Assembly: GCA_020137815.1 (NCBI GenBank)
Contig: CM035357.1
Span: 992,001 to 1,056,000 of the forward strand
Direction of reading: 5' to 3'
Source of the DNA: Hormiphora californensis
Lineage: Eukaryota > Animalia > Ctenophora
DNA: 64,000 nucleotides
A model generated the notes under the pieces. It saw only the letters and a program-made list of their open reading frames with translations. It was not told the origin of the DNA and did no database searches. The position numbers and the translations under genes are program-made. Below are positions 18,600-40,300 of this stretch, piece after piece (position 1 is the first letter of the stretch; each line of letters opens with the position of its first letter).

Positions 18600-20446
18600 T
18601 CTCTGCAAAGACATCATTAGCGAAGAGGGAGATAGAGTATTATAGACAGACGGCAGGCCATTGTGTGTGTGGGCTTAGGCCAAATAGTGGAGAAGGAAGG
18701 GATAGAGAGGGAGAGCGAGAGAGATAGATAGATAGCTTAGATAGATAGCGAGAGAGGGAGGGAGAGGGAGAAAGAGAGAGAGATGGAGAGAGAGAGAGAG
18801 AGTCATCCTCCTTCAAAGAGGAATGATCCCTCTCCTGTCTCCGTAATTATGCGATAAAATATGATATCGGGTTAAACAGCTGATGCAAGATCACTAGCCT
18901 TTCTTTCTCTAGGGATACATAAACTCTCCCAGGAAAAAATAGAGAAGATCCAGAAAGGAATGTCAACGTGATCAGTGCCCACAGAGCCACACACACACAC
19001 ACATACACACAGACATGACACACATGCTGGTTCATTGCCAGACGTTCTCATATTACACCCTCCAAATCATGTGCTCCTTTCTTTTGGACTCTGGTAACAC
19101 CAGAAGAGAAAGGACCACAAATTGTTTTTACCCCCCCCCCCCTGTTGCAGGAACAACATTATCATGTGACGGGGTATAGAGTTTTTGTAGCCCCCCCCCC
19201 CCCCCCCCCCGGGTCATTAGTGGTAATCCCAGGAGGATTGTGTTGGAAGAGAAATATGATCCACACAGGAGAAATGAATGGTGATTTCGAGGCAATACCT
19301 TGAAAACAAGTTAATTCTGAGAACGACCAAAATTCAGTTTCTAATATTTCTCAATCAGGCTTTTCAATAAGATGGCCATTTCTCACAGCTTACCATTGCA
19401 CACATTTCGAAAAGGTGTATTTTCTTAACAACAAAGTTGCACAATCATAATTTTCATTCTCCACCCTTTCTCTCTCTCGAGGTCTTTATCTACTGTCCAC
19501 CCTTTCTCTCTCTCTCTCTCTCGAGTTCTTTCTCTCACTGTGTTCACATACTACAAACTGCACACAAAGTATTATCCCTTTGTCTCACAACATCGAGGGT
19601 CAACCATTCTATACACGTTCCTCAATCCTCTCAATACCCCCCTCCTCTAGATAACCCCTTACTAACATCATGAAACTATAATAGTCCCCCTCTACTATAA
19701 CACACAGTAGAATCCACGTGATCCGGGCACTACTACATTGCACCGTGCAAATGTTTAATGCGAACATGCGGCCAAAATTAAGCAAACATTGGAAGCCCGA
19801 GCGAAGTAGACTACGGGAGAGAAGCCCACCGGACGGCGAGAAAGACACGCAATACCGAGAGCAGTGAGAAGAAGAACGGAGAGAGAGAGGCAAGAAGAGG
19901 AGAGAATCGAGAATCCGGATACAGACGCCGACAAGACGGAGTAGCAAAGGACGGAGAGGAGAGAGAGAGAGGAACGAGCAAGAGAAGATAGGAGATGAGA
20001 GAGGAGAGAGGGGGAGAAGAGGAGAGAGAGAGAGAAGAGAACGGAGAGAAGGAGAGAGAGAGAGAGGATACACCTCCTCGCTTCTCTTCCCGAGAGCCAG
20101 CGAGAGCGCCAGCGACATCCTGGCACGGAAGAAGGAGAGAGACGAGACGAGAGGACGGACCAGAGAGAGAGAGCAGAGACGGACGAGGGGAGAAGGGGGA
20201 ATGAGATACGTAGAAGGGAGAGGCGGAGAGAAAAGAGAAACAGCAGCACCGAGGGAAGAGGAACAAGAGGAGAGAGGGAGAGAGAAGGACGGGAATGTAA
20301 AAAAAAGAAAGGCAAGAGGGGGAGGAGGAGTCGAGCACGATTTATCTCAAGAATGAGAGAAGAAGCGACAAGAAGCGGTAGAGAGGAGAGACAGCAGACG
20401 AGCAGGCGACTCGGACCGGACAGAGGAGTAGAGCGAGAAACGGAGG

Positions 20447-20505
<59 letters not shown>

Positions 20506-20763
20506 GAGAGAGATAAAAGAACACAATGGTGGAGAGAGTAGTAGTGTCTATAGCTTGCATTAGCTCGAAACGGAAGTATGGAGCCGCGAGTGTGTAAAAG
20601 CACTAAACTCTATCAACTAGAGACATGTGCTAGTGTGACAACTGTACGTGACAATCGGAAACGTTTATGGACCGGAAAATAGGGCCTACAATTCACAAAG
20701 AATGGTAAAAGACATTTTCACCAGGGGGTTGCTAAAAACAGTAAAACAGTTTTTGAGACAAAC

Positions 20764-21467
20764 CTGAGCTCGAAGTTTCTGCTTCTCGGCCTCGATACTG
20801 TTGACATGAGTGTGAAGGGAGATCATGACCTGAGCCTCATTTAGACCCAGCTCGATCTTCTCCAAACTACCCTGGATAATTTGCAGCTTCTCATTTTCCA
20901 ACGTTCCTAAAATGGGAGAGTAATTAGGGAAGAGTTAATAGGTGAACTCATATCGTTGATATGGTAACGGCTATGGTAACTAGATTAGAGATACTAGCAA
21001 AACTGGGGCGATCGTACCGATCGCAAATCGAGGGGTCTGTTTCTATGTTTTTCTCTCTGCCTGTCTGCTATATGCTATGTGATGTGATCCCTCTCTTTTT
21101 CTCTCTTTCTCTCCCTTTTATACATGTGATGTGACCCCTCAAGTCGCAAGCAGTTCTCAACACGTGTGATACGTGATACCTACGAATCACGTCGTCACAC
21201 TGACGGATCATGTCGTCACACTGACGGATCACGTCGTCACATTGACGGATCACGTCGTCACATTGACGATAGGGTGTCACATTTCCGTGCAAATTTGCAT
21301 TAGATATAGTTAGATGGTTATATTGAACACCAAGACTGATACTAACCAGGTGTCTGTGATGCTGGATCAGCTTTCAGGCTGTCTATCATTCGAACATGCT
21401 CCTGCCTGAGTGTCTCCAGGCCCTGAGCGGCCACACGAGCCTTACAGAATATGCTCTCTTGGTCCAT
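20764..21467 (-). CDS. KLC: Kinesin light chain, N-terminal exons 1-2 (heptad region)
   Basis: Exon 21347-21467 reads MDQESIFCKARVAAQGLETLRQEH... Exon 20764-20906 reads ...SLEKIELGLNEAQVMISLHTHVNSIEAEKQKLRAQ, a classic KLC N-terminus. Canonical splice sites. Confidence 0.9.
20994..21314 (-). mobile_element. Non-autonomous Helitron, copy 1 (in KLC intron 1)
   Basis: 5' TC; 3' hairpin GCGATCGGTACGATCGC then CTAG; inserted between A and T; internal 21-bp repeats; near-identical copy at 32635-32947. Confidence 0.8.
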
Positions 21468-22341
21468 GTTACCATGAGGGGGGCTAGAAAAACGTAGAGA
21501 GTGGGTTTAGGGAACACAGATGAATGTTTTTAGGGACAACTTGTTACCATGAGGGGGGCTAGAGAAACGTAGAGAGTGGGTTTAGGGAACATGAGGGGGG
21601 CTAGAGAAACGTAGTGGGTGTAAAGAGGGAGGGGGGACACGCAAGGAAACGTAGATGTAAAGAGGGGGTTGAAGGAGCAGGTATAAAAACGCAGATCAAT
21701 GTCTTAGTGGCAGCTTGAGAACAGAGATATATATCGTGGGCGGTATGAGGGTTCGGAAAGGGAAGCCGGAAGGGGGATATCCGATATATATACATGAGGA
21801 CTGAGGAATATCAGTTGGTTAAGTGGACAAGCGGTCGAGGAATATTATATATGTGGTATGTGTGGTGTAGACAGATAGAGGAATATTCAGTGCATTAGCG
21901 GCGGGAGATCCAACCGAGAAGCATGATCGCGTGCACGCGATAGAATGAGAGAGGGAGATAGATAGGGAGATAGATAGAATGAGAGAGGGAGATAGATAGG
22001 GAGATAGATAGCATGAGAGGGGGTAGAGAGATAGGGAGATAGATAGCATGAGAGAGGGAGAGATAGATATTAGATAGCATGAGGGGGGGGGGGGGGGTAG
22101 AGAGAAGGAATATCACGCATTTTAAATAGTACAATGGTTTTGTAATATCATTCACAGTTTTGAAAATAAATACAAGTAGTCATATATAGAATATATCAAG
22201 TCAAGTATATATGCTAGAACCAGCTAGCAAGGTATTTAAAATAGAACTTTCTATCTTTCGACTTACTCACTATCTCTCCTCTTTCTCGCTATCTCTATCT
22301 CTCTCTCTCAACACACTCTACCTCTCCCTCTCTCACACACA

Positions 22342-22458
<117 letters not shown>

Positions 22459-22768
22459 TTTCCCTCTCCCTCTTTCTCTCTCTCTTTCTCTCCCTCTTTC
22501 TCCACTTCCTCCGTTTCTAACTCCATCATACAATCTATTCATATTCTCAAACACAGTAGCTGCAGCTGCAAACACAATACGAAATTCATCAAAAATACAA
22601 TTTACACTTCATAGCAATAGATATAACATGCACTTGTAGAGATCGCAATACATACACAAATAAATTAAACTCTTAATTAAATAACGAAATAAATGAGAAT
22701 TACATTCAAATAAACTATCCATATTATATAACTCATATTATTCCCCCTCCTCTCCCGATTCTCCCCGT

Positions 22769-25306
22769 TTACAAGCCTAACGTCTCACGTTGGTTATTCA
22801 TTCTCCTCCTCTCCTCATTCCGATATATCACCGTATTGTCCTCGTCATCACTATCGCTACCCTGGAGAGTTTGGTACTCAGTCCCCTCACCCCATCTCCT
22901 CCTCCTTACCCTTACTATCACCACTACTATCAAAACCAGTACCGCACACACAACCGTTACTATGACAATCCCTGCCCAGAATCGGTGCTCCTTTATAAAA
23001 CTAAGCGCCCGCTTCCTCCGTATCATTTAGAGATCCAGGCCGAGGGAGATAGTAATGGATTAGCGGTGAGACATCCTTCAAATTCCCCTGATCTTGAACA
23101 GTTGTGACATCATGCCCCTCGTAAAACAGCAATTCATTAGTCTGACTACCCAACACCACGGTGTTATTTGGAAGGGTGGTGATGGAGGTGAGGTGACGAG
23201 TATCACCTACACCAGTCACCGCTAACTCAGCTCCTGTGATGGGATCAAGTACTATAACCTGACACTCTAGGCCGTAACAAGCTAGAATCACTATTGCATC
23301 CATGTCACGACTATACACCACTCCATCGACATTCAGATATTTCTGGAGGTCAAACAACCGTATAAAAGCTCCTGTCCTGGTGTCAAGAACTTGTAATTGT
23401 AGATGTACGTTATCTAAAACCAACAACACTTTCCGCTTCATATCAAATGCAATGGCTGTTACTTCCCCAAACACTCCCGACATCCCTCTCTCCCCTCCAA
23501 GAACACCAAACTCACCCAAAAACGTGCCATCACTGACAAACTTCACAACTCGTCCCCCACAAAGTCCATCGCCAACATAAATAAAACCAAGATCATCAAA
23601 CGTTGCGGAGGTAGGTTGGCAGAATGTGGTGGATGTGTTACCAGAGGTGTGTTCTGTTCCCAAAACCAAAGTAGGAACTGAAGACGGACTGATGGGTGTC
23701 CCTGGGAACAGGAACACCTGTTGTAACACTAAATCTGGTATTAGCACCTCACCACTGTCACCCACAAACACCCCGCAGGGAAGATAGAACCTGTTTTCAC
23801 CGGACTCAGAGAGAGTTGCTCCTGAGGTGGTGTTTTGGACGGTCAGCACTTTATCAGTTATCACCTGACTGTTGCCAAGTTTAGCTGCTGTTGTTAGGTT
23901 AACGGTCAGCTCCAGAGATATGGAGTAGAGGAGATCAGATTGTGATGCCATGGCAACTATAGCGAAATCATCACGTTCCCGTTTTTCTTTTTTCACCAAA
24001 CTAAGAGCAGGTCCACTCGCAAAAGGGTCCCGTTCCACGGATGATAAATCGTGAACTTCCGGAGCAGTAAACTCACCAGTCCTAAAACAATCACTCAACC
24101 CCTCGCCGTTCTCTGTGTAACCCCTCAGATAGTACAGGTACAAGTTACACATCTCCTCCTCACTCTCATCAGATCCTATTTTATAGCTCTGTTCAATAGT
24201 GTAATCACATCGCGTGTGGAGGATATCGCCAGGAATCACACGGACCCGGGTTTCAAGTTCTGTGATGATATTGGGAATTGTGGAATTGAGCGCTACTATC
24301 CAGTGAGTAACCCCGCTCAATCCAAAGTGAAACAGAGGTACCGTGGGAGTGGGTATGGGACCGGATAGGAGACGATTGTAACTCCTGTTTTGTCAGTGTA
24401 TGGGCATGAGACTGAGAGGTGGGGAGAGTCTGCTTGTAACGTTCCCCCTGGGTACGCATAGATGGCCTCCTCGAGAAGGAAGGTAGGTGGTATGTCACTG
24501 ACACTCATTGTCACGCAGGTGCTGCTTTCAGATTTCAGAATGAAGTGAGTTACTGATGTCACCCAGTTGGACAGCCGATCCTTCAGGTAGGGTGAGACCT
24601 GGAGCCAGTTAGCAGAGGGAAAGAGACTGCCACCACAACTAGGTAGGGCGGAGAGATCTGACTGGACAGGCAATGAGGTTCCCTGGGACTGGAGCTGAAG
24701 TGAATCCAGTCACGTATAGCGTTTCAGGGACTTCAGCGATGGTTTGGATAGTGTTATTCTCGATTGCAAATAATCGGCCAACTAGCAATAACCGGTGGCG
24801 TAAAGGAATCAACCGAGAAATCTATCTTGAAATCACCCGATGATGCAAAGAAAAGGGCAGGGGTAATGATAGATCCGGTGAGACAGCGAATAGTGACGTC
24901 GCCAGACCCAGCAGTTATAATCAGGTGGTTGGCCGATCCGAGAAGACTCTCCCCTGACCACACCCCTAGTGCACTGCACCCCGCACCAGTTAGAGTTCCC
25001 AGGGAAACCTCCGATTCAATCCCAGATAGCGTGTAATCTTGGTAAACCTCAGCTGACTGCAGAGTAACTTTGCTGTGAACTGTGTTACAGGTCGCTTGAA
25101 CTGATGCAACGAGGAAGTTTTTAAATGCTGTCGCCTCGAACTCAACTGCATTCGTCGCAGAATCAACGTACACAACGGAGACAATTGTTGTACTGTAGCT
25201 GCTTTGAGAAAGACATGGTTTGTTAGATGCACTAATCAGGGAGACTGACTGGCAGCTGCCCATTAAGAACGATTGAAATCAGATAAAAATGCAAGGACTC
25301 TAACAT
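22769..25306 (-). CDS. Intronless PAM-like protein: signal peptide, extra N-terminal domain, PHM-like, PAL-like NHL propeller, TM, acidic tail; several frameshifts
   Basis: Joined across frames: YRSHTHSHG, GDILHTRCDY and EEEMCNLYLYY (PHM C-domain); FYLPCG, FCQPTS and YVGDGLCGGRVVKF (PAL); TM FWAGIVIVTVVCAVLVLIVVVIV-RVRRRR; tail YQTL plus DSDDED. Confidence 0.82.
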
Positions 25307-25717
25307 ATATGAGAAAGGGGGGTATGGTAAGTTCATTGCACCCATACTTCAAGTACATTCCACAGGTACAATGTCTACTCGGAGGAGAGACTAAAACAAC
25401 CCACCATAATTACGCATTTTTTAGGGTTCCGGGAATAACGATAGTTTATGTACACTGCAACACTCTATTATGATAAGGTCTTCTTCCGGAACCTTATTCG
25501 TGCGCTCAATGAATCAATCTATTCGTAATGTTCATCCCGCTCTATATACTCCCCGGCCCCATCCTTCCCCTTCTCTATCTCGTGTCTCTCTCTGTCTCCT
25601 ATGTCTCTCTCTTGTATCTCTGGTGAGCTAGCTGTTGATCAACTCGGTAGTATAGAGAGACGCGAGCAGCGCGATGGTCGCGCGCTCGAGAGAGATCGTA
25701 GATCCGCCGCTGCATAG

Positions 25718-25750
<33 letters not shown>

Positions 25751-27069
25751 CTCTCTTTCTCTCTCTCTTTCTCTCACATTCTTTCTCACTCATCCACCGG
25801 GGTAGAGTTAGGGTGAGGGTTCCTTAGGCTAGGTGGAAAGTACCACAGCCTGTGGTGCAGTGACACAGCCTGTGGTACTGACCATCTTCAAAAAGTTTGG
25901 CACAACACGCAAGTCAACTCAGCCAGCACCTTACCGCAGCTTAATGCGTACATCACAAGCCACTCATCCACGTCACCTACCCGGCCTTTTCTTCCGGTCA
26001 CCATTTACCCTGGAGAGAGGAGTACCGAACCCACATTCGCGCCTGGGGATTTCCGGGGGGAGGGGGGGGGGCTTATGGAGTGGTGGTGGCTGTCTGTTAT
26101 GGTGCTGTACTGAAGCAGCTGCAGTATCCATCCAGACTGGGCGGGTTTGCGTCTTAGCTTAGGCCGAGGGTGTTGGTGATTGGTAGTCCTTTCCCGCAAA
26201 AGTGGATCCGGTCGGTAGTCCTCTCCTTCTGCCCCCCCTCTCTCTCTCACTCTCTCTCTCGCTATGGACAGTCTGTCGATAGGAGCCATCCGGGATTATT
26301 TCGTTATATGCATGGTGTATATTGAATTTATCCCTTTCAGCTTTCTCTATCTATCTTAATCTATCTCTCTATCTCTCTCCCCCCTCTCTCTCTCCCTCTC
26401 TCTCTCTCCTTTTCTATATATCTTTACCCTTGAGCTTAACCATTTTTCACGAACACTATCAAATTGCACGATCAGCACACGGCGTTCACTCCCGTCTCAC
26501 ACACGAACATATACATGCTTGCTCATGAACATCTGACCCCGCTTCCACACCCTGCTTTTCAACTAGTCTCTAGGGTGTCGTCATATGCTACGCCAAGAAG
26601 TCTAGTTGACTACATACTGCAAGCTTTACTGTCAGTGATTGGGCAACAGAATTGCATAGAGCACCCGAGATTGGGTGTTCGCAGTATACGGTTAATACCG
26701 GTTTCAACTGGATGGCTGCAGAGATGATATCCGTCAAACTCCACCTCACATGTATGTTGTATAGACGCTGTCAGACTTAGCCCGCCTGACCTGCCTTCGT
26801 GATTGAAGCAAATAGGGTCAGCAATTGCCTGACAGGGTTCACATGATGTGGTGGGGGGTGACAGATATAGGAACGATGAAGACATAAAAAAAAAAAAAAA
26901 AGAAGAAGAAGAAGAAGAGAGGGGCATGTTAAAGAGGGTTCGAGATGTGACAAAGAAATACAGAATGAGGTGGATGATCATGGGACTGAGTAAACAAGAT
27001 AATGGTGTGATACTGACTACTACGTGATATATGGACTATGTGACTGTGGGAGAGAGAGAGAGAGAGTGA

Positions 27070-27114
<45 letters not shown>

Positions 27115-27268
27115 ATACTATAAGATGCAATGTACAGACACATTAAATGAGAGTTGTTGGTGTGCCAATCAATGCCCTTTAATATAGAAAATGAGACTCT
27201 AGAGGCTTCTAGAGGGGGGGGGGGGGGCAGATGTGTATAACAACCTATATTTTCTTTATATCTCTCTC

Positions 27269-27362
<94 letters not shown>

Positions 27363-28045
27363 CCTCTCTCTCTCTCCCTTTCTCTATTATCTTACCCCCC
27401 ATCTTATTATACATGTAGCCTCTTTTTATCCCTTTATGTTTATCGCATAATATAGTACCCTACCTTGACCACCACTTTACAATATATTGTAGACTTGGTC
27501 CCTTCGTTCCTCAGAACTTTGGTGATGGGGGCAGTATTATAGAGTAGTTGGAATGTCCATAATTGGAAATGAGTATTATATACAACTTCTAATAGTAATA
27601 GGCTGGGGTTAATGTTTTATGAATGTCTGTACCTCGCTTTCTATTCCTCATTTTCGGAAGACTGTCCTCACTCATCTCGGGTATAAATGGCAGCATGACC
27701 AGAGATCATTCCGTAGAAAACTATCCCTCACACCATGTCTTCCTTTTTACTTCAACGGTGTCATTCATTACATCTCTTACCTGTGAAATTATCATTTAGT
27801 ACACCCACCCCCCTTTCTCTGGAGCAATATATCATGTAGTCGCGAGGGGGTATTTAGACCCTAATTAGGCTATTCTGGGGGAATGCCTGCAAATTGCTCC
27901 ATAAATTGATTAAGTTTCCCTACTGCAGTGTATGTGTAGAAACTTTTTAGAATGTCATATTGTCCCCAAGTGGAAACCTAACTTTTCACCCCTCTTTTTC
28001 AAAACCCTTTTTTTTCTCAGGCCCCTGCCGTATCCTAAAATCTAA

Positions 28046-29881
<1,836 letters not shown>

Positions 29882-30305
29882 GTGGAACAGGACCGGTGAA
29901 AGTGACGTATAAACCTGAGTCTAAAACGTGAACACTGAATGTTGCTCTATATATTCGGACCCCCCTGTTGGAAATGTGAGATTTGAGGTTTAGATGTAAA
30001 TTGGGTTATTAGCTGAAGGACGGGAAAAGAGGAGGTAAATCTTTTCTACGGTGTTTTATATTGGAGTTTTACAGTGTATTATCTAGCTGTGTAGATGAGA
30101 TGATAGACCGGGGATAGATACCGCTACTGTAATAATACTGTAAAAGATAGCAAAAAGATAGACTGAAAAAAGGGATATGTGTGTGTTCTGACCAAGTGTT
30201 TGCGATGATTTATGTTTGTTAGTTTCTGTATGAAATAATATATATAATAATATTTAAGCGCAACAGTAATATATACTTTTCCCCCGGAAAATAAGAGGAT
30301 TATAT

Positions 30306-30413
30306 GGAACCGACCGAATCAGGAAATACTGATCCCTGATTGGCTGATAACCAGTCACGTGACCTAAATAACGAGTTCTGATTGGTTGTTTACTTGTGTC
30401 GGTCGGTTCCCTG
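30306..30413. mobile_element. 109-bp hAT-like MITE, copy 2 (slightly degraded)
   Basis: Nearly identical to 12839-12947. Confidence 0.85.
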
Positions 30414-30723
30414 GATTGTATTGGAATGTGTTGTATGTGTTGCATATTGTGTTCTGTATAGCTTTAGTGAGAGAGACAAAAAATGGAGAAAAAACACGCA
30501 TTCACACGCACTCTAGCGAGAGACAAATGTTAATTGTAGATTTTTTACTGATTCAGAATTAAAAATGAATTGAGCCCCTTTTTCTTGTAACTGTTGGAAA
30601 TGTCGGGGGAGACAGGGAGATGGGGTAGTGTGTGTGGTAGATTTCAAAATTCGATTTACCGACCTGTATATCATATAGTGTGACTCTTTCTGCTATCTCT
30701 CTACCCCACTTTCTGTCTCTCTC

Positions 30724-30806
<83 letters not shown>

Positions 30807-31003
30807 ATCTTTCTCTATCATTCTCTCAGCTCTCGCCCTAACCCGGTCACCCAATTATATGTTCGAGCCAGTAGATACTGTCACAGTCACACCACCGGCC
30901 ATGTGTAAGCACACAAACACATGTAAGTGTGGAACGTATAAACCAAGTACTGTGTTTGTCTTTGGCACAACCATCATTTTGATAGGATGATGTCGACATG
31001 CGC

Positions 31004-31089
<86 letters not shown>

Positions 31090-31987
31090 TTCTTCTTTCT
31101 ATCCATCTTCCTATCTATCTCTCTTCAACTCTCTCCATCTCCCTCCTCAAACCGCAACAACTGCTGCAGCATTCTCTTCTCCACTTGGTAAACGGTCGTC
31201 CCGTTGTCTCCAGCGTGGCGTGGAGCGCTACAACTACCCAGTTAATAAGACTGCACTGTTGTCAGCACGAGAGAATTGCGCGGCGCAGACTGGAGCAAGA
31301 GCTGGTGACGCGCACCCCCTGGAATTGGATCAGGGGACATTGCGCGAGATGAGTTGAGTGGGGGACCCCGCGCGTTCCTGAAAGTGCAAGAGATGGGATC
31401 GGTGAATCCTATTTAGGTATTTTCATCTGCTGGCTGATCGAGGTTATGATGTCATCATTCATCTGATGATGTCATAGCGACAGGAAACTGGTGATGTAAT
31501 GAAACTTGGAGAAAAGGGACACATTGGTTGGGTTGGGATAAGAAAATACAGCAAAATCAGAAATCAACACACTCTTTATTAAACTTTTTTGAGTCTCGTA
31601 TCATTTAAATCATATCTCAACTGTTCAAGCTACGAAAAAAACATACAAAATACATCTACACAATAAATCGAGTGAATTAACATAACTCTCTAACTAAATT
31701 CAGTGATATCTGAACTCACACAGGGAGCTTTGATGAAGTCAGTCTACTGGTCGACAAGCTAAACTGTCCCTCACAGATTTAGGGCACTGACTCACAGCTT
31801 CAGTGATTCACAGATTTAGGGCAGTGACTCACTCTTCACAGATTCTGAGAGGAACAGTGTAGCATATCAATCTACTGGGTATAACACATTGATTTAGTCG
31901 TGAGATGACATTTAAAATTATCCCCCTCCAAGTGAAGTGCATCTCTATCGTTGTTTTCCCAATTCAATTGTTTCCCCAATTGTTCCC

Positions 31988-39573
<7,586 letters not shown>

Positions 39574-39721
39574 ATTCCCTATTACAAATAGTGGTGGTTT
39601 TAGTTTTGTTAATTGAGTCTAATTGTCCAATGAAAACATGAGCACGGATGGGCTGTTCTGTCTCGGGGTTTTATTGTTGATACGAATTTACTAGAACACG
39701 GGATGCGGGTATGGTACGGGA

Positions 39722-40010
39722 TAGGTTGCTACGGCAGCTATATGTGGTTGCTATGGCAGCTATATATGTGGTTGCTATGGCAGCTATATATGTGGTTGCT
39801 ATGGTAGCTATATATGTGGTTGCTATGGCAGTTACATGTGGTTGCTATGGCAGCTATATGTGGCAGCTATAGATGGTTGTTCTGGTAGCTATAGGTGGTT
39901 GCTAATAAGCTATGGGAGCTATATTATGTGGTTGCTATGGCAGTTACATGTGGTTGCTATGGCAGTTACATGTGGTTGCTATGGCAGCTATATGTGGTTG
40001 CTATGGCAAC
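39722..40010. promoter_or_regulatory. About 22-bp minisatellite of RFX X-box-like motifs in the SNX/TRPM bidirectional promoter
   Basis: About 12 units of GGTTGCTATGGCAG..., ending in GTTGCTATGGCAAC at 39997-40010. Confidence 0.6.
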
Positions 40011-40300
40011 CATCGGCCATGGAACACTACAAGGAAGTGCACATGGTCTGGAGTCACGTGACTTCAATTGTGTCTCAGCGTGTAAGCTTTCCACGCCAAC
40101 CACTCCAATACACACTTCCATTAGTTTACAAAATACTGGTTGTTTCCCCTTGAATGCTGATGGTTGTAGAAACATCTCAGTTGCAGTTTCCTATCGCCTA
40201 AAGATAAGGTAGCTGGAGTTGAAAGAAGCTATTATCACCCCGTGGTCCGACAGGAGCTCCCACGTGACCCTTGCCTGAAGACAGCTAACAGCAACTCACA

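Noticed and set aside
16594-20603. Long Ser/Leu- or Arg/Glu-rich ORFs (303, 282 and 175 aa, among others)
   Set aside because: They translate garbled (GA)n microsatellite in low-quality sequence; the cleaner copy near 27260-27360 is plain (CT)n.
31140-31380. GC-rich stretch with a PLGKR motif as a neuropeptide precursor near the PAM-like gene
   Set aside because: No credible start or signal peptide (the ORF begins in a microsatellite) and only one dibasic site.
31460-31495. CTGATGA...GAAA hammerhead-like core
   Set aside because: Stem II is out of register and stems I and III cannot be formed convincingly.
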